Source: Takakia lepidozioides (Eukaryota > Plantae > Bryophyta). Taken from it: 64,000 bases of DNA. The notes beneath the pieces are model-generated. The model saw only the letters and a program-made list of their open reading frames with translations. It did no database searches and was not told where the DNA came from. Numbering within the stretch: the stretch's first letter is position 1; every line of letters starts with the position of its first letter. The stretch lies in assembly GCA_030704615.1 (NCBI GenBank), contig CM060732.1:36580001-36644000 (forward strand), read 5' to 3'. Of the stretch, positions 10,158 to 24,164 are shown one piece after another. The position numbers were made by a program, and so were the translations under genes.

Positions 10158-11419
10158 GAATGTTTGCTAGTGTGATGTGTCAAGGTCATTCATGAATTTA
10201 TTAAGAGCTGGATGGTGCCTTTCTGTGCAACACTAGTTTTTAGTCACTGCACATTCAGTTTGAAGGCTAGCATAGCTGAAGAATCGCTAAACAGGAGTCA
10301 GTCACCAACATTTCGGTTCTGGAAATATGGCTGCATTTCAATTTTGGATAGGTCGAACTAGGGATTCCTGCATGTGGGCGGCCGATTTGGCAAGGTCAAA
10401 ATTTGCTGGAAGTACGGTTTCTGCAAAAATCACTTCCACATTCACAAACAGTGGTCTGCTGTACTGGCCGAGTGCAGGACTCTCATATTTAAGACCCTGT
10501 AATTGAAAAGAGAGGCTTTGAGATGATGTTGGTGGTCAGGCCAGTTACAGATGACTGCTTGCTGAAGAGTACACAAATTTTTCTTTGGATGTTCTGTATG
10601 ACCCTTCTAGCGCTCTCCCACTCCTTTTGTGTGGAATCACACAGAGCAACATCACATGTCATTGTGAAGGTAGGGGGTGAAGTATATGTCCATGCTTCCT
10701 GAGTACTTCTATGTGGCGCCACAGCCTTACATGACCAAGTTGCATTGATCGCTGCAAGGCAAAGCGGGACATCTGGCCTTTTCTGTTGAAATAACCTCCA
10801 CGGTAGAAAGCTCAAACAACTCTGCCATTGTGAGACTTAGAAATGTAGGGATGTTGAAAATGCAAAGCCCGTATATTTGCTCATGTTTGCTGCAGCAATT
10901 TATGGGAGATTTGCTCATACAGTGGAGAGAGAGACAGACTGTGGCCGCAACCACTATGTACAGTGTGGAATTACTACAGTGGAAGGGAAACTTGTTGATC
11001 TCCTCATAACTGGCAACCCAGAAGCGCAATGTGGTGGCCATGTTTGGCCTCGCGATATCTAAGTTTCTCATCATTGGCATGGATTTGAACTACCGAGCTA
11101 CTCACTCTCTCTTTCCAGGTTTTTGCATTATATTACTCTGCCACGGCCTTTCAAACACCCTGAAATTATTGTAAATGGCATGGCACTTGTGCATTGGTTG
11201 TGAGGATATAACGTTGATATTCCACTCTAAAATCCACAAGCAGATCTGAATTGGAGGTCCGAACCGTTCAGATTAGTACATCGACCGCCCATATTTGTCT
11301 GTCTGATTATCTGGTCAGAAGAGTATAGGAAAAGAGGCTAGTGAGAAAGAAGGTGCTGTTCGGTGCGTGGGTATGTTTTGTAGCTGGAGCCTTGAGTATT
11401 TGCAGAGAAAGGAGGAGGC

Positions 11420-13679
11420 ATGGCGTGTCTCAGGTGTGCAGCGCCACTGTCCGAGATCTTCTCCACTTGCCAAGTGCTCAAGCACAATTGCAAAGGCTAC
11501 GGAGTTGCGGGGCATGCACCAACACATGTGAATGCCCATATTTCTTCCGAGGCAGGACCTTCCAGAGAAATCCGGTTGAAGAGTGGCGTGCGGAGGGGGA
11601 TGCAAAGAGGGCGATCTGAGAGGATGTGTGTGGCCAGCGTAGAGGCACCAGAGGTATCAATAGAGACAATAGGGTCAGAGCTCTTGGAGCAGAGGAGGGC
11701 GATTCAGGAGGAAGAGGAAAAGAACAGGACCTTCAGAATCCAGGAGGTCGACACTGTTGAGCACCAAGACTGGCATTCTGCCAAGGTCATTCATGTCCAA
11801 GATGTGGCCACTGGAATCCGCTGCATCACTGTAGAGGCAGAGGTGTCGAGAGAAGTACGTCTATATTTTTCCTCCTCAAAGTGTGTCTGTGTGTATTGTC
11901 AACAGGTTTTGTATAGCAGAGGGATGGGTGGCGTGCCTGTTTCACGTCCCTACAACTGACCTTTATCAAGGATGAACAATTCTCTGGGATCTAAGCATAT
12001 GGTACAAGAGAGGAAAGGGACGGGGCACTTTCATTCTTGATGAGACCGAGATTTGCCGGATTGAAGTGTAGTTGATCCCATTTCATCTTCTTACCGGGAT
12101 TCTTTACTAGTTGGCTCATCGTTCGCCAGCACAAAGCCGTGAGGGCGAACATTTTCAGTTTTCATCATGAGTCACATGCTTGGACAAGTAGTATTTTGTG
12201 TTTAATGACATAGTGGAGGTTGATTACGGCATGGCCTGTGTATCATAATCCGCCCAATGTCTCAGATGGTGGCGCTGGATAAGGCGTACACAAAGCCTGG
12301 ACAGATGGCCCAAGTGAAGGTGGGTGGCAAGGAAGTGAAGATTGCAGTCTCCAGTCCTCCATTTTCTGCAGTTATCAATGCTCCGGTGCTGTACAAGCTT
12401 CGAGGAGACATCCCTGCAGGCACCACAAAGCTGCCGCAGTTCTCTCTATCTGTGAACGCCCCCTTGGACCTCCATGTGGAAGAAGCAACTTCTGCAGTTT
12501 TCAATCTTGCCGTGGGTAAATTTTGCTCAATACCATACACAGATACACATGCAGCATAGATACTGTACAGAGGGAGCCTTCAAAATGTACACGTATGATC
12601 CGGTTATGTTAGGACACATTCGAAGTGGGGAGGTCCACATTTGTTGACCTACTCAGTTTGCCTGTCCTTACTTTCCGAATGTGCAACACATGGTTGGGCG
12701 TGAAGATGACAGGCCTCCTTAATAGGGTGAGATTCTTCTGGTGGTAGTCTTGTAGAGAATCCCATTATAGTCGTGCTCATTGCTACACTATGTATTATAT
12801 TACTTGTTAGATTCTAAGATGGGTGCGTAGATTGGTGCAGGAGAGGAGTTGGAGGTGGGACCATTTGAGGCAACAGACCTGGACTTGCGGCCTGTGATGT
12901 TTTTGGCCCGCTTCCCAACTCTCACCCTTTTCGCACAGGGGGCTGGCATTGCAGTTGCGCGCTCCATTCTTGAAAACAAGGATGGTGATATGGGCAGTCT
13001 TAACCTGAGTTTCCGTGACGATGTTCGCTTGTACTACTCCGCTCGCAAGCCATCCCTGCTCGCATATCAGGTATTGTTTATCACGAAGGCTTTGGAGCTA
13101 AATGGAATCTACGAAAGGGAGCATTCCAACAAGCATTCTTACTTGGCCCCAAACAGTCTGCTTTCTCTGTTCCAACATCAGGAGGAAAGAACAATTAGGT
13201 TGGGTTATTAAAGAAGTGTGAATTGAAGGAACTGGAGAAGGGAGTTACACAAAGCAAGAATGTGAGGCAAGTGAGTCATTCACCTGCCTGCCGACATTTT
13301 GGACTAGTTTGCTCACTCGAGTGAGACATCCAGTCCTTGTTTTTCTCCCGCCCTTATCATTGCATATCATACTGAGTGACTTGTTTGACTCATGCTAAAA
13401 TGGATATTCTAACATGTGGCTTTGGACTTCCAGCAAAAGTTCACCGAATGGGAGGCCAAAAAAGTGAAGGTCCGTGCAACTGTTGATGACAAGTCAGGGG
13501 AAGACTGGGACGGATATGTGGGTTCATTCAGCTCACTATGGGATGAGGATGACATAGAATATGACCCTGAGACCACGGCAGCTGTTGTCTGCGTGGAAAA
13601 GGCAGCAAGGAAGGAGGTAATGGATGTACTTGCAGAGGCTGGCATCCCAGAGAATCAGATTGTAGCATGGGACATCTAA
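11420..13679 (+). CDS. Plastid FAD/NAD(P)-binding oxidoreductase, FNR-like (pKIWI502/At1g15140-type family); exons 11420-11854, 12266-12515, 12841-13070, 13434-13679
   Basis: Three GT-AG introns splice in frame. Transit-peptide-like N-terminus; motifs YTKPGQ, IAVSSPP, FAQGAGIA, LYYSAR, WDGYVG and a terminal AAVVC. Confidence 0.8.
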
Positions 13680-15262
13680 TCTGTTGGGTTCAAACCCAGA
13701 GTGCTGGAATGCCTCTGAAGCTGTCAGTTCACTCGTGAATGCTCAGAGATGTGCAGAGACACACCGAGAAGAGAGAGATAGCAACACGAAGTAACGCAAA
13801 ATTTTGGCCATCACAAGCAAGTCTAAAGAGGATAGGGATTAATGAGAACTACTCAGGCTGTGTGTGCTCACATTAAGAAATTGTAATGGGAGGCCAGTTC
13901 CTTCATAGCTCGACAATGGTGGATGCTGATAATTCAGTGTCAGCTGGTACATGGATTATGAATTTTTGTAGCTTGGGAGTGGTATGGCTTTCATACACAT
14001 AAATTGTTCCTTGGAGAATTTTTAAGAGTCTTTAAGCTAAAAATTTGTAGCTGAGTCTGTAGTTTGAGCTAAGCTACTGGTGTGGACCAATACCCCTTTG
14101 AGATATGAAGATGATGGGCATGTAAAGACATGACATGAGTACATCCTCTTCAAATGACAATGTAGTAACGATGGACGGATAAGAGGTCCCATTTCTTCCG
14201 AATGGTAAGAATTGACGGAGGAATACCTACCACTATTACTGTAAGTGATTAATTCTATCACTAGTGGATTGACAATGGAAGCAATTGTGTGTATTTGCCT
14301 ACTGTTGAAGTCTTACATGTACCACTAGTAGAGTGGTGTGTAAGTGATTAGGGTTAGGATTGGAGGAACACATACCACTACTATGGTGATATGTAAATGG
14401 TTATGCATACCACTAGTGTAGTGAAAAAAGAACCAATTGTGTTCATTTGGCTACTATCGGTCTTCCGCACAGCCTCTATATATGATCAAGCAAAGATGCA
14501 TTGCCAATTCGGACAGACCCATACATTCCAAGTGAATCTGCAAATCCAAAGACTCTTCAAGGTTCAAACTTCAAAAAACAGAATACAATCCCAGAGAGTA
14601 AGTGCTCCCTAGAGGCAAATTTCCATCCATCTACCCAATACATTCATTTGAGATTCACATACAGTGATGCAAATAAAATGAATAACCACATTATCAATGC
14701 TTGAAGATCCCCTATGCACTTGCACTGAAGCTTTCCATCAATGATCAGGACCTTCTTCACTCCCAAATGATATGCCAAATCTTCTTGCAAGACCTAACTC
14801 AACAACAAGACTGTTTCAGACTGGATCTAGTGGCTCTAGATCAATCTAGTTTCCTTCCTCTGTTTCCCCCTAGTTTTGTTTTGCTGTATCTTTTAATCTG
14901 TACAGTAACTAATGCAGTGAAAGCTTTCATACTGCTTGATCTCAAAGTGTTGGCTAACTTACAGGTTGTCTATTTCTCCTCATCTCAAAGAGAGGGACCT
15001 CCCTCCAAAAACTACAATACAAAAGAGCACAATCCACTAGGTTAGAGGTGTTGATATCAACACATCAGAAAAGCCTCATTCACTGTGCTCTCGAAGGTTT
15101 CCTGCCCATACCTTCCAAGTTAGTCCAGATGCACATTGCAGGGGGAAGTAGGATGTCCATATACTTAGTTGAAATTTACCCTGAACCTATGAATCTTCTT
15201 CTACCAGATAAAGAATCACAGTATGACTAGGCAAAGTAAATGTACACTAGTTACCAACAACC

Positions 15263-16495
15263 CTATCCAGAGGAAGATTCAGGTAGAGGAGTAGATGAGA
15301 GTGGCGGTGCCATCTTGGGTACTGCAGGCATTTGATCAGTTAGGGCATGGATGAACTTCTCAGCAGGCCCTGTGTGGACTTCCTCCTTCAAGTCCTTTAC
15401 AAGAAACTTGTGCGTGGCCTCCCCTTGATCACGAATGTCCTGTAACTTCCGTATGTATATCTCCATCGCAGTCACCTTCACAGTTATGTGCCCAAGAACT
15501 GGCTATCAGTGATCATTGTCAATGAGCGAATGCTTCTCATAGCCTGATGCTGGAGAGATTCAGATCTTTTTAACCCTCTAGAACTCCACTGAGCTGCAAC
15601 CAGCAGTCCTACCCACTGAATAAGCCTTGTGCATTAGGGGTGAAAGAAACCTCTACCCAGACCACCCAGCATGTGGTACTATTCAAAATCAGTCCACAGA
15701 CTTCCCGTGTCATGCTAATTGCTGGAAGTTCTGTTTACGATTGCATATGAACTGAAGTTTTGAGGTGCACCTCCTTAGGTGATCCTATGGGTCCACACCT
15801 ATCCACCATAAACCATACAGCAAGAAGTTTCTGAATAAGAGTCTAACCTCGATGGACAGCTGGTCAAGCATTTCCTCATGAGAGCTGTCTTCTGCCTTGG
15901 TTGGTGAACAACTTGGGCTAGCAGATGGCAGGGCCGGCAAAGGGGGCGCTGCAGCAGCTGCTGCCAACTTGTCCCATGCCTGCAATTCTGCTGCATACCT
16001 GCATCCACTCATTTAGTCATACGTCTCTCTCCCTCTGTACACTTACAACTCCGCGGCTTCACATGAAGGATAATACCCTTGAATGCGACAATGTCGAAGA
16101 CCAGAGTGCGTGAGGGCTCGCACAAGGCGGCTTACAGTGCTTTTGCAGCTAAAAGCATCTTCTTCTTTTTGTGCCGTTCGACAGCCTGATTCAGCACAGG
16201 TTTGTCAGTCGCTGTGGGGTGTTGTTCTTCAGCGGCATTCATATGAGGCCTGGCACAGACCTCCCACTTGCGACGCTTGAAGATAAAACCCTCGTCGGTC
16301 ACCAGCTCCCATTCTACAGAAGGCACACCCCATTGACGAAGAGAGACAGAGAGACACAGATTTCTTATACGGCAATGAAAAGCGCGCGAGGATGAGGTAA
16401 TGAAGATCAAGAGACAAGTGAGCACACATACCGCCTTCGGTGTTGTACCACTTCCTATCGCCTCTCTCTGGCGGCTGCCCGCCTCCAGCTGCCAT
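15263..16495 (-). CDS. At3g27520-like protein, putative kinetochore MIS12-complex subunit DSN1; exons 16495-16432, 16313-16136, 15998-15848, 15475-15263
   Basis: In-frame GT-AG splicing gives EWELVTDEGFIFKRRK ... KKKKMLLAAKALYAAELQAWDKL ... LDQLSIEV, matching the plant family motif WEL..DDGF.FKR..RKK.L..LK.KY..E...WE.L. The DSN1 identity is from memory. Confidence 0.65.
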
Positions 16496-16846
16496 AATCC
16501 TTAACTGTATCTCCTCAGACCCAGCACCCCGATTCCCATCAAACTTATCCTCCCCTCTTACTTCTTCATGGAGCTGTCCGGTAGACCAAGTTCAGTAAAA
16601 ACGATTTTAGAAAGCACCGAACGATTCCAGCCCCTCCCTGGTCCAACCACAGACAACGCCAACTTATCCAGTCAACTCTGGTCATGCTCATTGAGCTCAA
16701 AAAGACTGTTACCAAGGCTCCCTTGTATCACAGCTGGGTGACCTCGCTTCTACCCTCAGACAAACGCACCAAGTTCCGGTATCTATCCAACAGGCCATCA
16801 TTTGAAAGATACCCTGTCAGCCTCTCAGCCCCTCCCAATGCTCCCA

Positions 16847-17502
16847 TGGAACATTAGGGGATCGGTTCTGACCACTCTGCGCTTAAAAATAAAACTGCGA
16901 GCCTGGCTCCACTCATTTCTTCCGAGGCAGTGGTCTTCTTCCAAGAACACAAGCAGCTAACCTGAGATAAAATAAATGGCCTGGCTGACCAGCTCTGGCC
17001 AGCCTCATCAGCCCTGTGGAAACCCTCCTCTGGGGGAACCAAATGGGGTACTGCCATCCTAATCTCCCCCTCTCTTAAACACTACATGGTCAAAAGAAAC
17101 CTTGGGAACCTGGAAGAGTTCAACTCTGCACACTCAAATTCCCAAACGAGCCAGATCCAATTGGGATCCTCAACATATATGCCCCCAACAATTCAGCTGA
17201 GCGCATTAACTTTGGAACCTTCTAAATCATCGTATGTCGAGCGACATGTCCACACATCGTTGGATGCTTGCAGGAGATTTCAATATGGTAGAAAACGAGG
17301 CAGACAGAAGGGGTCATGGGTCCCCATACCTTAACCCAGAAGAGGAAAGCTCGTGGCAGGGACTCGTTTATACTCGCCTGACAGAGCTGGACAGGCCCAC
17401 AGCAAACCAAGGGGGAAAGCACGCCTTCTTCACCTGCACACATAACATATGCCTCCAGGACCTGTGCATGCCTCGTCTTGACAGCTTCTATATCTTTGGG
17501 AG
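16847..17502 (+). mobile_element. Degraded L1-clade LINE fragment (APE endonuclease)
   Basis: Frameshifted motifs WNIRG, FFQEHK, GTAILISP, GILNIYAPNNSAER, WMLAGDFNMVE, RLDSFY. Confidence 0.8.
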
Positions 17503-18544
17503 ACACTATGAATGCGGTCTGGATCACACTGTGAACGCTCAAGTTTGTCTTGCAATTTGTTGTGTGATTCTCGACTTGTTTTGATGTGCGATTGCTGGCT
17601 GCTTATAGACAAATACAAGTATATGATTGGAGTATATTGGTAATGTTTGTTTGCAGTGGTTTTGAGTGTATGATGTATAAATGCTTGATGCTTGCATCTT
17701 TCAATCCCAATACCATATCCGAGTTCATATTTGCAGGTTATTGGCATTCCATTGCTCATATCCGGATTGATTTTGAAAACCACCTATGCATACCAGGTTG
17801 ATACTTGAAAATTCAGGGACTACAATATTAACCCCTAAAGGACGACACGACCAATTTTGGGCCTCAATGTGTCATTCAATCTGCCTCTAGGGACCTTGGC
17901 TAGACCAAATCGGCCCCCACAAATTAGGTTGTCTGCAGCTTGGAGTGACGTACTAAAGTATCTCTCTTGATTTGCTCCTGGGTCCGCCATGGTGCCTGTG
18001 TGTAAGATCAAAGCACCACTCTCATGACCGTTGGAAGGAAGTTGGGAAGGCGCAGATGCTTCATGGCGCACACAGAGGATTGGCTATCTATTTTGACCTC
18101 CCCCTAATATGGCAATTTGGCAATTGGTTTTGTCCATTTATCTTGAAATGGCGTTGGCCCATTCCCGCCACATAAGCACATATTCCCAAATGATCAGGCC
18201 ATTAATTACATCTGGTTAGAGGGATTTAGCCAAAAAATTTGAGTTCTGGCTATCTGTTTTTCAGAAAAGTTTACAGAGAGGTTGTGCGAAAGTTTGGCAG
18301 TTGTGCCATAGTTGGGCATGGCTTTTTGCTTTTAGCAAAGGTGGCTATTGCATGGCAAAATATGAATATCCCAGGCAGCCCACTTCCTGGCGAAAGCTCG
18401 TTCAACCATGAAGGGCAAGGATTATTAAGAAACAGGTATTGTCTTAGTGTTTCCTGAAATGTAGTTGGCTCCTCTTTTCTTAGGAACGGTCTGGGGCAGT
18501 TCCATGATCTCCAGATAGAAGACCAAGGAGCCCGGGGATTTGTG

Positions 18545-18972
18545 GTTAAATTTGTGAGCTTGGGGATTTGTGATTTGTGGTATTACTAGCTTGAATTGTG
18601 AGCGAGTTGCGTGGCCACGGTTTTTTTTTCATTTAAAAGGAAAAAAAAAAGAAATACAAATTGATTAGGTGCAATTCTGTCGCGGGCCGCCCATTGGAAT
18701 TGACTTGCTAAATCGAAAAAAATCTCGCTTTGGGGGTGACAAAGATGAGTTGTGGGTTGTGGGCTGCTAAAGAAGGTGTTCAGAAGATAAGGGCCGGTAA
18801 CCCTTTGCAATGTACAGCACCAGGTCCTCTAGAAACTTGATTTGATGCTCGTCCGATTTCTTTGTATGGATTAGTTGAACCAAATAAAGTCTCCGTTATC
18901 GCACAACCAATAGGTAGAGAGCGCTTCTAGCCTGTCGAGCTGGCTCGGAAGTTGCAATTGATCTGGTCATTT
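18545..18972 (-). mobile_element. Block A: hAT-like remnant with a transposase fragment; directly repeated at 29078-29470 and partly at 42953-43143
   Basis: Minus strand ~18880-18782 reads GSTNPYK/KSDEHQIKFLEDLVLYIAKGYRPLSS (one frameshift), resembling the post-BED region of hAT transposases. Near-identical direct copies are visible. Confidence 0.55.
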
Positions 18973-18988
18973 GGGATTTCCTGAGCAC

Positions 18989-19852
18989 ATCTCTTGTTTG
19001 TGTTCAGTCATGTTCTCGTCCTTGACATTAAGGGCTTTGAAAGCCCATTGTTGTTCATCCCGTAAGGTAGCCGAGACTGTTTCCTCTAGAGAGTGAGGGC
19101 TGTTGTTGGATGTGTTGCCCTTAATTATATTAGCCCAAGATGAAGCCTCTGTCTTGAGAGCTGGGTGTTCCCGGGCCATTGTAGACGTCGCAATTTTGTG
19201 TGTTTCCAGCTCTTTACTAAGGGATTCTACCTGCTGGTGGATGTTTGCCGTGAGGGGATCTGGGAGGTCCTTCTCTGTGAGGGTCTTCACTTCGGCCTCT
19301 AGTTCTGAAAGGTGCGCAAGTGTGGATTTCTCATTGTGTTGTTTCAACAAACCACGTAGTTTGCTATTGTTCTCCTGAAGAGAGACCCGCAAAGCGGTGA
19401 CCTCAGCTCGTTCCATATGTTTGTCTCGAGTAACCATCGACTTCTCCAAGTTCCTGTCTCTGTCTACCATTCGTTTCAGCTCGTAGTTGGCAGCGAGCGA
19501 CTTCTCCAAATCCATGTCTTTGTATGCCATCCGATTCTCCCACTCTTTGTCTCGGGCAACGACTAGTAATTGCTGCAGAGTCTCTTCAAAAATGCATCTA
19601 GTTTGCAGGATAGTGATTTGGTCCCGAAGCATTTGAACATCAGCACTCCTCGTGGAGTATTGACGCAATGGAGAGGTCTGTTGAGAGATCGGGGCAGGAA
19701 GAAGAAGCAGAGGGGACCCAGGGTGGTGTGAGTGAGACGGGGAGTCTACATCATCGCCAACTGTCCTTTGGTGGTTGGATGAGGACATCGTGGGGTGGAG
19801 GCGGCACTGGCGCGCCAACGCGCGTGAGCCGAGCGTCGACGTGCTGACACGC

Positions 19853-19912
<60 letters not shown>

Positions 19913-20590
19913 GAAAGCAAGAAGGAGAAAATGTGGTCAAAGACCTTATACCGTGTCAAGGCTCCGACTGGTGAGTTGTGTTGAGTCTTCCCTGCCTCTT
20001 AGCAAAGCAAGAGAGCCCATCGTTGTTTTACGCTTGTTTATAACCTCTTTCATAGTAACCCCATTCATAATGAGCCATACAACCTGAGGCCAGTTGAAGA
20101 AGGCCACAAAATTCGACAATACCGCGTGACACCCCCAAGATTCGGACCTTGAATTAATTGGGTGACAGAGGATGCACTATCCACTAAGCTACCTATTAAT
20201 GGTCAATTTCACGTTATGAGTTCAAGATGGCACTTCAATACTTTTCTTTTCCTTTCTTAAAGAAAGGGGATAGGGGCCTTTAAATTTATTGAAAAATAGG
20301 AAGGTAACAACCCATGAAAAAATAACCCGGTGGAAGGCCATGAAGGCAGAGGTAGGGACCAGTGTTGGCCGGGTATTGGGTTCGAAATCCATACCCGGCC
20401 GGGTATTCAAGCGGTTATCAATATGTACATACCCGGGTCAAAGCAAATTTTGAGACCCGGGCATGTGGATATCCAACGGTTATTACATGTTGAAGTACCC
20501 GATGTGACCACCGGGTCTCGTCTCAAGCACATCTCGCACCTTAACCGCCGCTCCATCAGTTTTTGGCTACGTCGGTTATCAATCGAATCT
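18989..20590 (-). mobile_element. Inverted 5' part of LINE copy 1 (upstream flank, 5'UTR, ORF1 N-terminal coiled-coil half, first ~40 bp of the solo LTR)
   Basis: Reverse complement of ~29988-31338 joined to 38058-38246. It lacks the chromovirus and shows an empty site with a single TCTAC. Confidence 0.85.
19855..19908. repeat. (GA)27 microsatellite in the LINE 5' region; paralog is (TC)14 at 30633-30660
   Basis: Direct reading of the sequence. Confidence 0.95.
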
Positions 20591-20594
20591 ACGG

Positions 20595-23500
20595 TCACCA
20601 CCCTTATTCAGCAAAACCTTGCTCTACCACGGGGAGCGAGTGACATTCAACGGGCTTGGCGTGCAGGAACTTCGGAGCACAAAGTCATATTCATTCGTTT
20701 CAAGGATAAAAGTGCTCACTACTACAATGTGGGGGGAGGGTGATTAGCGAGACACTAACCAACCTATCAGTTACAAAACTTACACACAAACGTAGGATTT
20801 AATTATACATAAGGTAATTCATGCAGACATCGGTTGCTCGTCGAGACCGCAAAGCGACACTTCTCGCTTGCTCAAATGTAAGCGACGTCTCTGACGTCGT
20901 TTTTCATGCACCATTTACCGCAGAAACCAAAAAATGACTCAGACGTCTCTAAAAGTGACTTAGCAAAAATTCAAAAATTCAAAAATTCAAAAAAATTAAA
21001 AAAACGACCCCCATGGCGTCGCTCCAATTCAGCGACCCCCAGGTCGTCGCATTTTTTTTTAAATAATAATATTTATTATTATTATTTTTTCCGGGGTGCT
21101 TGAAGCGATGCCCTTGGCATCGCTACCTCCCAACCGACGTCGGAAGGTCGCACCAAGGCCGACCCCAGTGCATCGCAATTAACGAGGTTTATTTTTATTT
21201 TTATCAGATGCAACGCCTGAGGCGTACAGTGTAGGACTTGGTTATTTTGGGATTTTCTGTTGTTGAGGTGGTCGAGATAGCAACCCCTCTACCGGGGTTG
21301 CTCTAAATTGGAACGACCCTCTGGGCGTCGCTAATTCGCCTGCAACGTCGGTGTCGCACGGTTCCGTGTGCACCAAGCCGTGGGCGTCGTTAAACCCCCC
21401 ATAATTGCAGTAGTGGCTCGGGATAGGGTCATCAGACAGAGGCCTCCATTAAGAGGCCGTCAGGGTATGTACCTAAACGATGATTTGATCCCCCTGCAAT
21501 ACAAAGCCATGCGGGCGAAACTCTTGCAGGTCAAACAGGCTCGGGCTTGGGGACACTACGTAGTGTACCGAGATGGGAGGGTAAATATTGTCCGAGAGTA
21601 AGAGCGTTGCCCCTCTAATTCTAAATAGGGGTTGGGGCCCCATGAGACCAACGTACGCCACATCTACACATTGGCTCATGGAACTGTAATGGATCATTGT
21701 GGAGCCTTCCCCAAGGGCTTCTTGATATTCTTTCCAAGTGTGATGTCATTTTTCTCTTGGAAACACATGCGTACGAAGGAAAGGACCCTCCTTCTATTCT
21801 CGGTTATAGCTTCCAGTTAGTGACTCATCCACGTACAGGTCTCAAAGGATCTGGTGGAGTGGCTGTTACTTTGCGGACTGGCTTCTCCCATTTATCTCCT
21901 TCCCATACAAAGACCCACTGGCAAGCTGGTACATTTGATGTCACATTAAAGGCTACAACCCAGCTCAACCAGACATTCTGCTGGCGGGATGTTATTTTTC
22001 TCGACCCGACCCTACATCTCCGCACAGCGCCCTACAAATGCACACAGATTCGCCATATGTTCCATTGGAGGATATGTCCGGTCTCCGTATCCCACACACA
22101 GACAATGTGTCATATTCTTGGTTGGAGATTTCAACGCCCATACATGATTACTACAGGCCCCCACCTTCAACCCCACAGATCCTCTACATATCCAACACTC
22201 ACATATAGGCTTGGAGAGGCAAAGTGCGGATGTCTATTGCAAAATCACAAACTACGGTCACCATCTACTCAAGTTTTGTGAAATTCAGGCCTGGCTTGTC
22301 ATTTACAATGGCACAATCAATTTAAAATCCTCCAGCCAGTTCACCTGCCACACGTACAAGGGCCAGAGCGTGGTCGACTATCTCTTGGGGAGCCCCAACA
22401 TGACTGATAGGATAAGCTCTTTTTACATCACGGGGTACTCGGATTCTGATCCCTCTTGCCTTTCCTTTGCATTTTATTCCATCTCTCTCCCCGTGAAGGG
22501 ATGCTCTGCTTCTCTCCCTTTACACCCACGGATTCACTTTAATACCCTCTTCTCTCACTTACACGACGCCGAGTATGAAACATGACTAGCGTCAATCCTC
22601 CTCTCCAATTCTAGATCTACCATCTCCTAATGACAAGGCTACGCATCTTACTCACGCCCTTTGGGACTCAGCCCTACGATCCTTCTCCGTCACCCTTCCA
22701 TCTATCTCCTCACCCTTCGGACCCTCTTGTTGTTATACACCGTTTTATGATGAAGAATGCAAGCTGGTTGCAGCTAGACGGTGACATCAAATCTCTGCTA
22801 CTTGATATCCATTCTTCTCCAGATTCCACAAACCTAGCTCCTAAGCACTATAAGTCCCTCATTAGGACCAAAAAGAGAGCCTATATTCTCAAGTTGCAAT
22901 CTTCTTTCCTTACAAAAATAAGATTTTCTCCCCGTTCTTTTTTGTCCCTCCTTAAACCAGCTCACAAAGACCCTCCCCCAATCACTGACATTCATGTCTG
23001 GCATGAGTATGCCCAGTCTTTGTACCATTCCCCAACCCAAACTCCCCCTCCCATAACCTCTAAACCCCTACACTTCTCTCTCTTTACTACAGCCAATGTC
23101 AGCAAGGTTATCAAGAAGCTGCAAAATGGCAGGGCAGTGGATATTTCAGGACTTCATAGTGAATTCATCAAGCACGTTGCACCTACTTTAGCCCCTATAG
23201 CTCACCTCTTCAATGGGGTAGTGCAACGTGGCTTTCCAACAAAGTGGACAAAGAGCATCTCTTGAAGAGCGGTGACAGGCTCGCACCGACCAACTCTCGC
23301 ACTATTATGATGTCCTCGTTATTGGCTAAACTATTTTGGGCAGTAGTGGCCATGGAACTGGACGATTGGGCTGAATCCTCTCACATACGTGCTAAAGGAC
23401 AGGCTGGTTTCCGTCGCAACAAATCCACTCTTGACCACATTTTCACTCTTCTGGTTATGGTGGAACGTGCATGCTATAGCAAAAAAATGGTTTATGTTTG

Positions 23501-24164
23501 CTTCGTGGACTTTCACAAGGCTTTTGATTCAGTTCCTCAAGACCTTCTCTTCCAACAGCTCCATAGAGTGGGAGTCCCTCCAGACATCCTATATGCCATC
23601 TCTTCTATGTATGAGATTGACAGTGGCATGGTCAACATCGTTGGTAGAGGTCCAGAGCAACATTGGAGTCAAACAGGGTTGCCCCCTAAACCTACCGGCC
23701 TTTTCGGGATCTACATTGACGCCTTGGAGGTTTACTTATCAAAAAACCATGGGTGTTGGGGTACCATTGGATGGGGGACCAACAGAATCAGATCTCCTCT
23801 ACGCTGATGATGCAGTTGCCCTTTTGGCACAATCTCCTGTTTTCCTGCAACGTCATCTCCACAGTTTGGAACAGTTCTCCAGAGACTATGGGCTGCAAGT
23901 CAATCTTAGCAAGACCAAGATCATGGTCTTCAATGGCCTGACTGATCGTAGATTCATCTTCAACCACCAGGAAATTGAGATTGTGAAATCATACCGGTAT
24001 CTGGGTCTGGTTATCCACTTTGCAGCAATTGCCCTGGACAGGTTGACTAAAAGTAAGGCGGCCTCTGTCCGCCTTCAGGGCAAATGCAAACAGATACATC
24101 TGCGTCACCCCCCAACCAAAAAGTGGTTGTTTGACAGCGTGGCCATCCCGGCTGCCATCTATGG
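20595..24164 (+). mobile_element. LINE copy 1: ORF1 3' half (interrupted by CACTA) and degenerate ORF2 (APE endonuclease + RT)
   Basis: ORF1 IQRAWRAG..IFIRF / LRGRQGMYLNDDL; EN motifs IGSWN, FLLETH, VGDFNAH, SVVDYL; RT motifs QAGFR, FVDFHKAFDSV, GVKQGCPL, LYADD, YRYLG. Many frameshifts. Confidence 0.9.
20717..21415. mobile_element. Non-autonomous CACTA element, 699 bp, TSD GCT
   Basis: CACTACTACAAT ... ATTGCAGTAGTG termini flanked by GCT on both sides. Removing it restores the LINE ORF1 frame (KDKSA-RDRVIR). Confidence 0.92.

Noticed and set aside
10480-11070. Short coding-like stretches upstream of the FNR-like gene
   Set aside because: No recognisable motif or consistent spliced model; cannot be supported without a search.
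18967-19959. 330-aa coiled-coil ORF as a host gene
   Set aside because: It is the inverted 5' half of LINE ORF1, extended through a microsatellite and into solo-LTR sequence.
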